A stretch of DNA of 64,000 nt from Crocinitomicaceae bacterium (lineage in GTDB: Bacteria; Bacteroidota; Bacteroidia; Flavobacteriales_D; Crocinitomicaceae): NCBI GenBank assembly GCA_044377675.1, contig JBILYP010000007.1, positions 32,670 through 96,669 of the forward strand. Reading direction: 5' to 3'. Of the stretch, positions 18,912-28,982 are shown one piece after another; positions within the stretch are counted from its first letter, which is position 1, and each line of letters opens with the position of its first letter. Position numbers and translations under genes: made by a program. Below the pieces are notes generated by a model, which had not been told where the DNA came from, did not search any database, and was given only the letters and a program-made list of their open reading frames with translations.

Positions 18912-19915
18912 AGAATATTCACCTCACGCTCGAGCGTTACTCCAAATTTTTCTTGAATATCTGAAATGATTGCCGTTGATAAATCGTAAATCTGATTTCC
19001 AGTAGAACCTCCGTAATTTACTAAAACTAAAGCTTGTAGTTTGTGTACGCCACACGTTCCAACCGTTTTCCCTTTCCAACCTGCTTGTTCAATTAACCAA
19101 CCTGCAGCTAATTTCTTTTTTCCATTTTCTACTGGATAAACGGGTGCTGAAGGATACTTTTCTAAAATGGCATCCGCAATAGCTACATCTACAACAGGAT
19201 TCTTAAAGAAACTTCCTGCATTTCCTAACTCAGCAGGATTTGGCAGTTTAGATTGTCGAATAGCAATAACTGCATTACTTACGTCACGAATGGTAGGGGT
19301 GGATACGCTATTATTTTCCAATTCTTGCTTAATCGCTCCGTAGGTGGTATTTACTTTTCTGTTTTTTTCTAATTGAAAACAAACTTCACTAATCACATAT
19401 TGATTTTTCAGTTTCCGTTTAAAAACGCTTTCTCTATACCCAAATTGACATTCATCCAATGAAAATCGATGCGTTTCTCCGGATTCGATGTGGTACGCAA
19501 ACAAATGATCAAACACATCTTTTATTTCAACTCCATAAGCACCAATATTTTGCATAGGGCTTGCGCCAACACTTCCCGGAATTAAACTCATGTTTTCTAT
19601 TCCACCAAACTCATTTTCAACGGCCCACAAAACGAATTCATGCCAATTTTCGCCAGCGCCAATTTTCACTAAAACAGAATCTGGAGTTTCTTCCAAAATG
19701 GATTTACCCATAATTGCGTTTCGCAATACAATCCCATCAAAATCTTGAGTAAGTAGCATATTACTTCCTCCACCCATAATTAAAAACGGAATTTCCTTGT
19801 ATTCTTTGAAAATAGAATCCAGTTCTTGAACAGAGGAAAAACGACTAAAGTATCGAGCTGTTGCTTCTATTCCAAACGTATTCAAGCTTTTTAAACTGGC
19901 ATTCTGAATTACCAT
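18908..19915 (-). CDS. murB: UDP-N-acetylenolpyruvoylglucosamine reductase
   Basis: FAD-binding PCMH domain with GGGSN. MurB C-terminal domain with GSFFKNP. Confidence 0.9.
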   Translation of the reverse strand: MVIQNASLKSLNTFGIEATARYFSRFSSVQELDSIFKEYKEIPFLIMGGGSNMLLTQDFDGIVLRNAIMGKSILEETPDSVLVKIGAGENWHEFVLWAVENEFGGIENMSLIPGSVGASPMQNIGAYGVEIKDVFDHLFAYHIESGETHRFSLDECQFGYRESVFKRKLKNQYVISEVCFQLEKNRKVNTTYGAIKQELENNSVSTPTIRDVSNAVIAIRQSKLPNPAELGNAGSFFKNPVVDVAIADAILEKYPSAPVYPVENGKKKLAAGWLIEQAGWKGKTVGTCGVHKLQALVLVNYGGSTGNQIYDLSTAIISDIQEKFGVTLEREVNIL

Positions 19916-19919
19916 AGGA

Positions 19920-20282
19920 TCAAGATTTTAAAAGAAACTCAATGGCAATCCATTGATTTTTCGTTTTTGACACAAGTTTTTTAAAATACTTCTGTTTTTT
20001 AAATTTACGCAAATTAGAAGTGTAAATGCCAAAGGTAATTATTCCTAAAAAAGAGGATAAGGTAGAGATTTTAGGTGTGCCATCAATATCAATTTCACTG
20101 ATTTCTGTCACATGAGCTGCCACATCATCTTGAGGAGATAATTCCAATAATGTTTGTTTCAATCGCAACGATTGGTCATTAAACTGCCGGACTATTTCCG
20201 CATCTAACACTTTTGATTTCAACAACTTATTTGCCTTGAAGTCAAGGTCTTTCAGTTCTCGAAATAATTCATCCATTGTCAT
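19920..20282 (-). CDS. hypothetical protein with one predicted C-proximal TM helix
   Basis: 120 aa. Helical charged N-terminal part, hydrophobic stretch LSSFLGIITFGIY, basic tail. 4-nt overlap with the bioA stop. Confidence 0.5.
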   Translation of the reverse strand: MTMDELFRELKDLDFKANKLLKSKVLDAEIVRQFNDQSLRLKQTLLELSPQDDVAAHVTEISEIDIDGTPKISTLSSFLGIITFGIYTSNLRKFKKQKYFKKLVSKTKNQWIAIEFLLKS

Positions 20283-21556
20283 AGCTCCAACTTTTTTATA
20301 AAACGCTTAATTACTGCAAAGATACGATTTTGCTCTACCTGAGTTAAACAATAAGGCGGATTAACAAAAATTACATTTCCCAATGGACGAATCCAAAGAC
20401 CATTTTCCAAAAAATAATGATACGCTTCATCGCGTATCGAATTGAAATAAGAGGATTCCTCAGAAGCTTTTAATTCGATGGCTAAAATAGTTCCAAGTTG
20501 CCGTATCTCTCGAATACTTGAACTTGATTCAATTTCCTTAATAAATGTTTGATATCCATTGCTAATGCGTTGAATTGCAGTCCAAGTCACCTCTTTTTCA
20601 AGTAAATCCATGCTGGCACATGCAGCAGCACAAGCCAAAGGATTTCCCGTGAAAGAATGCCCATGTAAAAATGCTTTTTGTTTTTCTTCCCCCAAAAATG
20701 CATTAAAAATTGCTTTTGTGGCCACAGTTAACCCGAGTGGTAAAACACCTCCTGTTAGGCCTTTTGATAAACAAACGATATCTGGAACTTCTTGGATGTG
20801 GTTTAATGCGAACCATTTGCCTGTTCTTCCCCATCCTGTCATAACTTCATCAAAGATCACTAGCGTGTGGTATTTTTTAGCCAACTTAACTAGTTCATCT
20901 AAAAATTGAGGACTATACATTCTCATACCGGAGGAACCTTGTACGAGTGGCTCAACAATCAGCGCAGCATGCTGATTTAATTTTAAAAGTGTTTCTGCTT
21001 TTGCTAGCAGTGTTTCTTCTTTTTCAGGAGTAGGAAAATCTAGAAAATCAACTTGGAAAAACAACGATTCAAATGGTCGATTGAAAACACCCCGTTCGCA
21101 CACCGACATTGCACCAAAAGTATCACCGTGATAAGCACCATCAATCGCTAGAATTTTTGTACGTTTTTCGTTTTTGTTATGCCAATATTGGATTGCCATT
21201 TTTAATGCAACTTCAATAGCAGTTGATCCATCGTCTGAAAAGAATACTTTGGATAATGGTTTCGGAAGTTTGTTGGCAACTCTTTCAGCTAATTCGATTG
21301 CCTTTATGTGTGTTGCTCCTGCAAATATGATGTGATCTACTTCCTTAAATTGGGTGTTAATGGCTTTTTGAATGTGTTTATTCCCATGTCCATGAATATT
21401 TACCCACCACGATGAGTTGCAATCAATATAGGACTTTCCATTGTCGTCAATCAGTTTTGTTCCTTTGGCCCTAACAATATGTATAGGTGGAGCTTCCGTT
21501 TGAACTTGAGTAAACGGATGCCAAACATATTCTTTATCTTTTTCAAAAAGAGTCAT
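20279..21556 (-). CDS. bioA: adenosylmethionine-8-amino-7-oxononanoate aminotransferase
   Basis: Class III aminotransferase motifs, including DEVMTGWGRTGK. Trimmed to MTLFEKDKEYVWHPF, which gives an ATGA-type 4-nt overlap with bioD. Confidence 0.88.
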   Translation of the reverse strand: MTLFEKDKEYVWHPFTQVQTEAPPIHIVRAKGTKLIDDNGKSYIDCNSSWWVNIHGHGNKHIQKAINTQFKEVDHIIFAGATHIKAIELAERVANKLPKPLSKVFFSDDGSTAIEVALKMAIQYWHNKNEKRTKILAIDGAYHGDTFGAMSVCERGVFNRPFESLFFQVDFLDFPTPEKEETLLAKAETLLKLNQHAALIVEPLVQGSSGMRMYSPQFLDELVKLAKKYHTLVIFDEVMTGWGRTGKWFALNHIQEVPDIVCLSKGLTGGVLPLGLTVATKAIFNAFLGEEKQKAFLHGHSFTGNPLACAAACASMDLLEKEVTWTAIQRISNGYQTFIKEIESSSSIREIRQLGTILAIELKASEESSYFNSIRDEAYHYFLENGLWIRPLGNVIFVNPPYCLTQVEQNRIFAVIKRFIKKLEL

Positions 21557-22179
21557 AAAAAAAGTTGTTGAAAGGATGATTCGCGAAGATTTTGCGCTTG
21601 TTCTTGAATAAATTCTGGAGAAAGATTTTCGGTCCAAGGAATATGAAAAAAATGGGTAGTGGGGGCGAAATGACGAATGATAGCCTCCGATTCAGCATTT
21701 ACATCACCCGTGAATACAATTCCTGCCAAGTGTAATCCTTTGGATTTCAGTAACTCAAGAGATAATAACGTGTGATTGATACTTCCTAAATAGAAACGTG
21801 AAACCAAAATGATTGGTATATTCCAGATTTTTAGTTGGTCCGAAAACAGAAATCCTTCTGCAGTTAAAGGAACCATGAGTCCACCGGCGGGTTCAATTAA
21901 AAGTTTTTCTGAAGTGGGTAATATTAATTTACTTGGATCAACCACAACGCCTTCTAATTTTGCAGCTTGATCCGGAGATAATGGCTCTTGAAAACAATAG
22001 GTGTTAGGGAAAATACCAATTTCCTTTGTAACAAGGTTAGAAATTGAATGGGAGTCATTGTCTTCATTTGCCCCTGATTGGATAGGTTTCCAATAGTCTA
22101 ATTCAAAAGCTTCGCAAAAAACTGCGCTAACAATTGTTTTGCCAACTTCAGTTCCTATTCCTGCTACAATTACTTTCAT
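21553..22179 (-). CDS. bioD: dethiobiotin synthase
   Basis: P-loop GIGTEVGKT and EPAGG motif. Directly upstream of bioA. Confidence 0.88.
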   Translation of the reverse strand: MKVIVAGIGTEVGKTIVSAVFCEAFELDYWKPIQSGANEDNDSHSISNLVTKEIGIFPNTYCFQEPLSPDQAAKLEGVVVDPSKLILPTSEKLLIEPAGGLMVPLTAEGFLFSDQLKIWNIPIILVSRFYLGSINHTLLSLELLKSKGLHLAGIVFTGDVNAESEAIIRHFAPTTHFFHIPWTENLSPEFIQEQAQNLRESSFQQLFL

Positions 22180-22194
22180 GTGGTTTAAAACAAA

Positions 22195-24477
22195 TTAATA
22201 GATTGTTAGTTCTTTTGGTTTAATTGAAATTTTGCCAATTTGAATTTTCGTTTTTTGAAATTCATTGTTGAAACGATCAATAATTATCCGAGCTTTTTCA
22301 GCTTCATAATTTTTAGCGACCCATTTAATAAATTCATCCTGGAGTTGTATCATCACTGACTTGGTGCGCAAGGCACTTAAGATATCATTTTTTGTTAGGT
22401 CGTATTTTTTACAAAATTCTAGTAGGTTTTTATTTTTAATATCGATAGCTGATTTTAATGGGTCCGTAAATGACTCAATTTCAAATACCACACGCCGGTC
22501 TGTTTGCACATACATGGCTGTTTTTCTCAATTTGGCATAACTTGAATCTGCAAGAGTGGATATTGTTCCATCAATTTCATCTTGCACTAGCGCTTTCCTT
22601 ACTGTTCCTTCGGTCAGGGTTCCAATTCCATAGCCATTGGCAATAAATTGAAGGGGAATATCACTTTTAATTATTAAATCTGCAATGGTGCGAAGTGATA
22701 TCGAATCATTTGGCGAAAACAATCCGGTTTTTAATTCAAATTTATCCGGATCGAATTGATCTGAGAGATTAAGATTTATTGTCGCCGTTTGTCGCGGATC
22801 AATATCGATTTTTGAAATATGAAGCATTACTTCATCCGACGTATTTGCCAAGGCATTATCTGGTATAGAAATTAAGCGAACGATGAAATTCTCCGCTTTT
22901 TGAGAAGGTCTAAATTTAAACTCTTGGGTTCTTAAATCAAAAGAACTTGAATCAGCAAAAGTATACAATGAATCAGCTACAGTAAATGACTGAATATTAA
23001 TCCCCATTGAGGATTTATAATAAGTCAGTTTTTCAGTGGATAATTTTAATCGATCATTTTCCTTTTCCTTTTGTTGTTGGTAATAAAAGATTTCTTTGGT
23101 TAAAATCTCATAGCTCTTGTATAGATCAATTAGGTCTACTTGTTTTTTTCTTCTTTTTTTCTTTTTGAATTTTACGGTAGGTCGAACTTGAGTTTCCCGA
23201 TTTTCGCTCATACCATCCAAAGCCTTTCTTCTCGCACGTCTTACTTTCTGAGGTGCTTTCTTTTTTACTGTTATCTTTCCTCCCTTAAATTGCAGGTATT
23301 TTCCTTCCTCTTTTTGGATTTGTTGATAGACCAACGCACGTTTTTCAATACGGGTTTTGATCTTCTCATCTAGTCCTTTTTTTCCAGAAATACGCTCATT
23401 TATTTTACCAACTTCTTCGGTTTCCAACTCTCCAATTACTGAAAGCAGCGTATTACCGCTTGAAAAGGAGGAGTCGGGTGAAAGAAATTGGGTGTCTCCC
23501 GCTCCAAATAGGATATAACTTTTCCCATTCTTTTCAACAACAACGGTCGTTTGTTTGCGCGCGTTGTAACCCCAAACATCAAAATGCAAGTTTGTAATTC
23601 GATTGTTTCCTGTTGTGGTCATTGGAATTGTTGCAATTTGTTCAGGAGAAATTTCTTTAATATTGTATGCTTGAATCTGGTATGGAAATAATCCAATTGC
23701 TTTGGGCAAACCTTTATTCCATTTTCCGGATAGGTTCTTTTCAAACTCAGATAATAAACCTGCCGTGCTTCCTCCTTCTCCAGCCGCAACTAAATGGCTT
23801 TCAAAATCAGATGCAATACCACCTAATTGAAGGTATATTTCAAAACACCTATTTTTGACATATTTATTGACAGAAATAGAAAACGCTTGCATTATTTTAC
23901 GCTTTTCTTCTTCGTTGTATGTTTTAAATTGGTTGAGATATTGGACTTTATCTTTAAATGTTCTTGCCGGATCAGTGAAAAAATAAAGTTCCTTATTGGG
24001 AGTGGTTTTAACTCCGTTCTTTGTGAGCGCAACTTCCGGTAATTCGGAAATTAATGTATTTTCAAATTCAACGTAACGAGAATTTTCAAAAGGTTTATTT
24101 TTTATGAATGATTCACGTTTTTCAAGTAATATTTTATTTAACTCCAAAACAGCCATCTTATTCGCTGCCTCAGCTAATAAACCCATTGGACCTTTTCCTA
24201 TTTCTGATTTCCGTATGAAGAGATATTCCGGATGATTAATGATGATTTGTTCAATTGAATCGTAGTTGATTTTTCCATCAGAAAAAGATACCGCTGGACC
24301 ACTATATTCAAAGCATCGACCGAAATTGTACTGTAATGCGGGGCTTTTCTGAACAATATGAAACAAACAGGCACGTTCGGCGGGTAATAGATTTCCATCT
24401 TGCTGCGCCAATCCATCTTTTACAAAAGTAATAGTGGAAATGATACAAAGCAACCAGTTGAAAATAGTAGGACTCAA
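22195..24477 (-). CDS. hypothetical secreted protein (760 aa) with a polybasic core
   Basis: Long uninterrupted ORF with an apparent TTG start and a hydrophobic N-terminus (WLLCIISTITFV). Central run KKKAPQKVRRARRKAL...KFKKKKRRKKQV. No motif I can assign. Confidence 0.6.
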   Translation of the reverse strand: MSPTIFNWLLCIISTITFVKDGLAQQDGNLLPAERACLFHIVQKSPALQYNFGRCFEYSGPAVSFSDGKINYDSIEQIIINHPEYLFIRKSEIGKGPMGLLAEAANKMAVLELNKILLEKRESFIKNKPFENSRYVEFENTLISELPEVALTKNGVKTTPNKELYFFTDPARTFKDKVQYLNQFKTYNEEEKRKIMQAFSISVNKYVKNRCFEIYLQLGGIASDFESHLVAAGEGGSTAGLLSEFEKNLSGKWNKGLPKAIGLFPYQIQAYNIKEISPEQIATIPMTTTGNNRITNLHFDVWGYNARKQTTVVVEKNGKSYILFGAGDTQFLSPDSSFSSGNTLLSVIGELETEEVGKINERISGKKGLDEKIKTRIEKRALVYQQIQKEEGKYLQFKGGKITVKKKAPQKVRRARRKALDGMSENRETQVRPTVKFKKKKRRKKQVDLIDLYKSYEILTKEIFYYQQQKEKENDRLKLSTEKLTYYKSSMGINIQSFTVADSLYTFADSSSFDLRTQEFKFRPSQKAENFIVRLISIPDNALANTSDEVMLHISKIDIDPRQTATINLNLSDQFDPDKFELKTGLFSPNDSISLRTIADLIIKSDIPLQFIANGYGIGTLTEGTVRKALVQDEIDGTISTLADSSYAKLRKTAMYVQTDRRVVFEIESFTDPLKSAIDIKNKNLLEFCKKYDLTKNDILSALRTKSVMIQLQDEFIKWVAKNYEAEKARIIIDRFNNEFQKTKIQIGKISIKPKELTIY

Positions 24478-24581
24478 GTAAAAACGATTTTGAATTGATT
24501 AACTAAGTACAATAATAACTTAAACTCTTTTAAAAGTTAACATTTTCATTTTTACTTATCCATACTAAGGTGTGTGTTTTC

Positions 24582-25370
24582 TTACTTGGGCTGCTTACTT
24601 GTAAAATCGTTTTTCAACCCTTTGTAATCGGTTAAATGTAATTTAACATATCCTACCGGTATTTTTGCTTTTACTAGAATCGGTATTTTGTTAGCATCCG
24701 CAGTAATCCAAAAATTTAGATCTCTTTCACTTTTAAATACACGACCAGTTTGAACAACCGGTACAAATTTATGGCATTTGTATTTTCCAGACTTAATCTT
24801 TATGATTTCATCGCCCACATATTTAATTTTCAATGTCCAAATTTCATCATCCATGAAACACTTGAATTGAAATACTTTTCCAGCTTTCATGTTTGTGAAA
24901 TTCATTGTACGAGCATAATAAAATGAGGAAATCATATCTTGAATTCCAGCAGGAACGCTAAATGACTTCTTTCCATTAGAAACAGTATTCCGGTCTTGAA
25001 AAAAGGTATAGTCTTGATTGATTTTGTACCCTCCTTCATTCACTCGTCTATAAAAATACCAAGGGATTAAACTTTTTTTGTCCAAATAACTTTCGTATTT
25101 ATCTACCACTTTATAAAAAGAATTAAATCCGCCAAGCGTTTTCCCAGTACCTTCAACGTGTATCAATTCTCTACCGCCTCCTTTTACTGTGGTAGATTTT
25201 ACCATCATTATCACTTCTCCTGCATCCATTGTTCCATAGCTTACGCGGTATTTTAAGTATTCGCCGGGAGCAAATGCGGTATTATTGATTGTTGGAAAAT
25301 TACTAGGAGCTGAACTACTTACCAAGATAAGTGTTAGTGAAATTCCAATGGCAAAAATGATAGTTTTCAT
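24582..25370 (-). CDS. DUF3108-like secreted protein
   Basis: Signal peptide, then GEYLKYRVSYGTMDAGEV... and a beta-rich body typical of DUF3108. Confidence 0.55.
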   Translation of the reverse strand: MKTIIFAIGISLTLILVSSSAPSNFPTINNTAFAPGEYLKYRVSYGTMDAGEVIMMVKSTTVKGGGRELIHVEGTGKTLGGFNSFYKVVDKYESYLDKKSLIPWYFYRRVNEGGYKINQDYTFFQDRNTVSNGKKSFSVPAGIQDMISSFYYARTMNFTNMKAGKVFQFKCFMDDEIWTLKIKYVGDEIIKIKSGKYKCHKFVPVVQTGRVFKSERDLNFWITADANKIPILVKAKIPVGYVKLHLTDYKGLKNDFTSKQPK

Positions 25371-25467
25371 AGTTGTTTTTTTTAATACTTAGCAAAGTAT
25401 ATGCCATGTCATCGAATCTTTTTTTACAAACATCTTTTACAAATGAATAAGTTTTTAACTTTAGACC

Positions 25468-26808
25468 ATGTCAACTACACAAATAATTAAGCCCAAACTA
25501 GGAGTTTTTGATCTAAGCATCATAGTAATTAGCCTTGTAATTGGAATGGGAATCTTTAGAACTCCCTCTGAAGTAGCTACTAAAGCAGGAACTCCTGAGA
25601 TCTTCTTTCTTGCGTGGACAGTTGGTGCAGTCGTTAGTTTATTTGGTGCACTAACTTTTGCTGAAATTGGTTCCCGAATTCCTAGTGCTGGTGGATTTTA
25701 TAAATTATTTTCAATATGTTACAATCCCGTTTTTGCCTTTATGGTGAATTGGATTACGGTAATTTCGAATGCTGCTTCAACCGCTGCGGTTGCAATCATG
25801 GGTTCCGCTTATATTGCACCAATTTTATTTCCGGGAATGGCAGAAGCTCATTCAACAATTATCGTTACTATTGGAACTGTTTCGCTTTTGTTAATTGTTA
25901 ACCTATTAGGTATTCGAATTAGTTCCATGGTTCTAAATGGTCTTATGTTGATCAAAATCGCACTTATTTTATTGCTGATAAGTTGTGTTTTTATCTCGAC
26001 AGGTTTCGATACTCATTCAGTTACACAAAGTCCTTTACTAGTGGATGAAAATCCAATAAAAGCTTTCATCATGTGTTTTATACCTGTTTTCTTTACGTAT
26101 GGAGGTTACCAACATACGATAAATTTTGGTAGTGATATTGCAAATCCATCAAGAACACTTCCGAAGTCAATTTTCATCGGAATTACGGTCATTTTAGTAT
26201 TGTATTTGGCTGTAAATTTTAGTTATTTTTCGGTTTTGGGATTTGATCAGTTGGCCAGCACAAAAACCTTGGCTTCAGATATGATTGGTGTGTTATTTGG
26301 GAAAACAGCTTCTGTATTTTTGTCTTTAGTGATGTTTTTGGCAGTTATGGCCTACGTAAATGTTTCGATTTTAAGTAATCCTCGGGTTTATTTCGCTATG
26401 GCGCAAGATAAAGTACTGCCTTCGATTTTCATGCGTGTCAATAGCAAAACTCAGGTGCAGGAAATTGGTGTACTAGTTTTTTGTGGATTCATTTTTATCA
26501 CCTTGTTTTTTATGCAATCTTTTCAGAAAATTCTAGAGTACGTGATGTTTTTTGATAGTATTAGCCTAATTGCTGCAGCGGGTGCAATATTTATCTTGCG
26601 TAAAAGAGCAAAGAAAAACGAAACAGATGAAAGTGGAATCTTTAAATTGAAATTGTATCCTTGGTTGCCAGGTATTTATATTGTTGTCTATACGTTGGTG
26701 AACATTAGTGTTTTTGTATCGAATAAAGCAGCATTTGGTTGGGGAGCAGTTTTGTTTTTATCTGGATTTCCTCTTTTTTATCAAATTCGTAGAGCAATAA
26801 ATAAATAG
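25468..26808 (+). CDS. APC-family amino acid permease
   Basis: About 12 hydrophobic helices. N-terminal GMGIFRTPSEVA motif typical of the APC/LAT type. Confidence 0.85.
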   Translation: MSTTQIIKPKLGVFDLSIIVISLVIGMGIFRTPSEVATKAGTPEIFFLAWTVGAVVSLFGALTFAEIGSRIPSAGGFYKLFSICYNPVFAFMVNWITVISNAASTAAVAIMGSAYIAPILFPGMAEAHSTIIVTIGTVSLLLIVNLLGIRISSMVLNGLMLIKIALILLLISCVFISTGFDTHSVTQSPLLVDENPIKAFIMCFIPVFFTYGGYQHTINFGSDIANPSRTLPKSIFIGITVILVLYLAVNFSYFSVLGFDQLASTKTLASDMIGVLFGKTASVFLSLVMFLAVMAYVNVSILSNPRVYFAMAQDKVLPSIFMRVNSKTQVQEIGVLVFCGFIFITLFFMQSFQKILEYVMFFDSISLIAAAGAIFILRKRAKKNETDESGIFKLKLYPWLPGIYIVVYTLVNISVFVSNKAAFGWGAVLFLSGFPLFYQIRRAINK

Positions 26809-26809
26809 T

Positions 26810-27985
26810 ATGGGTAAAGATTTCAAAGATTTATTTTTACTTGACCCAACAATTACCTATTTAAATTTTGGGTCATTTGGTGCTTGTCCCAAGCCAATTT
26901 TTGAAAAATACCAAGAATGGCAATTGAGATTGGAACGAGAACCCGTTCAATTCATCGTTCATGATGGGATAGAAGCTTTAGCTGGTGTACGCAAATCACT
27001 AGGAGATTTTGTGGGTTGTGATGCCGACGATATAGTACTTGTGATAAATCCATCTTATGCAATAAATACAATCGCTAAATCCCTTAAGTTAATTCCTGGT
27101 GATGAAGTATTAACCACAAATCTAGAGTATGGAGCGTGTGACCGAACGTGGGAGTATTATTGTGAAAGGGTAGGGGCCAAATATATAAAACAACCCATTG
27201 AACTTCCCATTCAATCCGCTTCATCATTTATTGAACAGTTTTGGAAAGGTTATTCAGATAAAACAAAAGCGATATTTATTAGTCAAATTACAAGTGCCAC
27301 GGGTTTAATCTTGCCAGTTGCGGAAATATGTGCCGAAGCCAAAAAACGGGGTTTACTCACGATTGTTGATGGCGCCCATGTTCCAGGACATATTCCGCTG
27401 GATTTAAGAACGTTGCAGGCCGACGTGTATACAGGAGCTTGCCACAAATGGATGATGGCACCAAAAGGGTGCTCCTTTTTATATGTGAATAAAGAAAATC
27501 AGCATTGGGTTGATCCACTGCTAATCAGTTGGGGCTTCCAAAGTGATTCTCCTTCTCATTCAAGATTTATAGATTACCATCAGACAATTGGCACAAGGGA
27601 TTTCTCTGCTTTCTTAACAGTTCCTGATTGTTTAGCGTTTCGTGAGAAATATAATTGGGAAGAGGTGTCCAAAGAATGTCGGACTATGGTTCAACTAAAT
27701 GCCTTGCGGTTTTGTGATTTGGTAGGTACTGCACCACTCGCGGAAATATCCGATGAGTTTATCGGTCAGTTATTTAGTATTCCCATAAAAACCAATGATC
27801 CAGAGAAGTTGAAGCGTCGTTTGTTTGAGAAATATAAGATTGAAATTCCTGTTGCAGTTCAAAATGGAAATGCATATTTACGCTATTCTATACAAGCCTT
27901 CAATAACCAGCAAGAATTGGATTATTTGTATGATTCAGTTGCGGAACTTTTGAAGGAAGGCTATTTATTCAATTCGGGGAAATAA
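26810..27985 (+). CDS. aminotransferase class V-fold PLP-dependent enzyme (isopenicillin-N epimerase / cysteine desulfurase-like)
   Basis: DGAHVPGHIPLD and the PLP-Lys context YTGACHKWMMAPKG. Starts 1 nt after the permease stop. Confidence 0.75.
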   Translation: MGKDFKDLFLLDPTITYLNFGSFGACPKPIFEKYQEWQLRLEREPVQFIVHDGIEALAGVRKSLGDFVGCDADDIVLVINPSYAINTIAKSLKLIPGDEVLTTNLEYGACDRTWEYYCERVGAKYIKQPIELPIQSASSFIEQFWKGYSDKTKAIFISQITSATGLILPVAEICAEAKKRGLLTIVDGAHVPGHIPLDLRTLQADVYTGACHKWMMAPKGCSFLYVNKENQHWVDPLLISWGFQSDSPSHSRFIDYHQTIGTRDFSAFLTVPDCLAFREKYNWEEVSKECRTMVQLNALRFCDLVGTAPLAEISDEFIGQLFSIPIKTNDPEKLKRRLFEKYKIEIPVAVQNGNAYLRYSIQAFNNQQELDYLYDSVAELLKEGYLFNSGK

Positions 27986-28980
27986 ACTTCTCCGAGTAAA
28001 ATGGAATTGAATACAAAATATTGACATTTAACAAGGTCTTTGCCGTTTATTTCACACCAAAAATTATCCATATCATCTGAAGTCATTACTTCACCAAACT
28101 CACTTTTTTGCGGGTTTTTTGCTTTAATTCGAAACATGCGAAGCTTTGTGGTGGTTCCATTTGTTTCTTTCAATGTCAGAATTGAAAATGGTTTACTTTT
28201 TTTGAGCGTCTCTACTTGGGATTTGTTTAATTCGTAGTTAGCCAAATTATAATGTATCTTCTTGAAATTTTGTAAGTATCTAAAAATCATTGTTGTGTCA
28301 GGGTTATTTAATGATTTTCCCGCGCTTAAAACTCGAGGGGTTTTGGATGAGTTTTCAATGCGAAAACTACGTTGTGGTTTTTCTAAATTTTGTACATCAA
28401 CACTCGCGATTTCGGATTGTTTTAATTCAAATATTTTCGTGCAAACCCATTTCCTTTTATCCGCAAAAAAGCGTGGTTCAATAATCCCACGAATATCTTT
28501 TAGTTTCATAATAACGGGTTGTTTGCTCTTACCATTTTCTGCTGTTTCCAATAGCATTATTTGACCATAATGATCTTGCGAAGCAGGCCCAATATACCAG
28601 GTTTTGTTCCAGTCCCCTTCACTAAATATCTCTACTTTTACATGTTGCGCAGTCATTGCATTAGTAAATTTTTTCACTGAATTCTCCGGTAAATACCCTT
28701 TAAATTCGATGTTTTTAAAAGCTTGTAAAATCAAAAGCATATTGGTTTGAGCGATACACCCTCCAGCAGCATCTGTCCAAATTTTACCATTTCGTTTTAA
28801 CGTTATTTTATTCGAGAAGGCGTCTGTGATTATGATTTTATCTACTTTACTCGTATCAGCAATACCGAATTCTAACAGATCTTTATCCGATTTTCCACTT
28901 CCTTTGACAACTGAATAGGTGAAATAACCAAGAACGACTAAAATAACAACAGAACCTGTAAGAATAATTAATTTTTTCAT
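27961..28980 (-). CDS. DUF4340-like membrane-anchored protein downstream of gldG
   Basis: Single N-terminal TM helix and a beta-rich body. Sits 2 nt after the gldG stop, a position I recall DUF4340 proteins occupying after gldG. Confidence 0.55.
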   Translation of the reverse strand: MKKLIILTGSVVILVVLGYFTYSVVKGSGKSDKDLLEFGIADTSKVDKIIITDAFSNKITLKRNGKIWTDAAGGCIAQTNMLLILQAFKNIEFKGYLPENSVKKFTNAMTAQHVKVEIFSEGDWNKTWYIGPASQDHYGQIMLLETAENGKSKQPVIMKLKDIRGIIEPRFFADKRKWVCTKIFELKQSEIASVDVQNLEKPQRSFRIENSSKTPRVLSAGKSLNNPDTTMIFRYLQNFKKIHYNLANYELNKSQVETLKKSKPFSILTLKETNGTTTKLRMFRIKAKNPQKSEFGEVMTSDDMDNFWCEINGKDLVKCQYFVFNSILLGEVYFPELNK

Positions 28981-28982
28981 AG

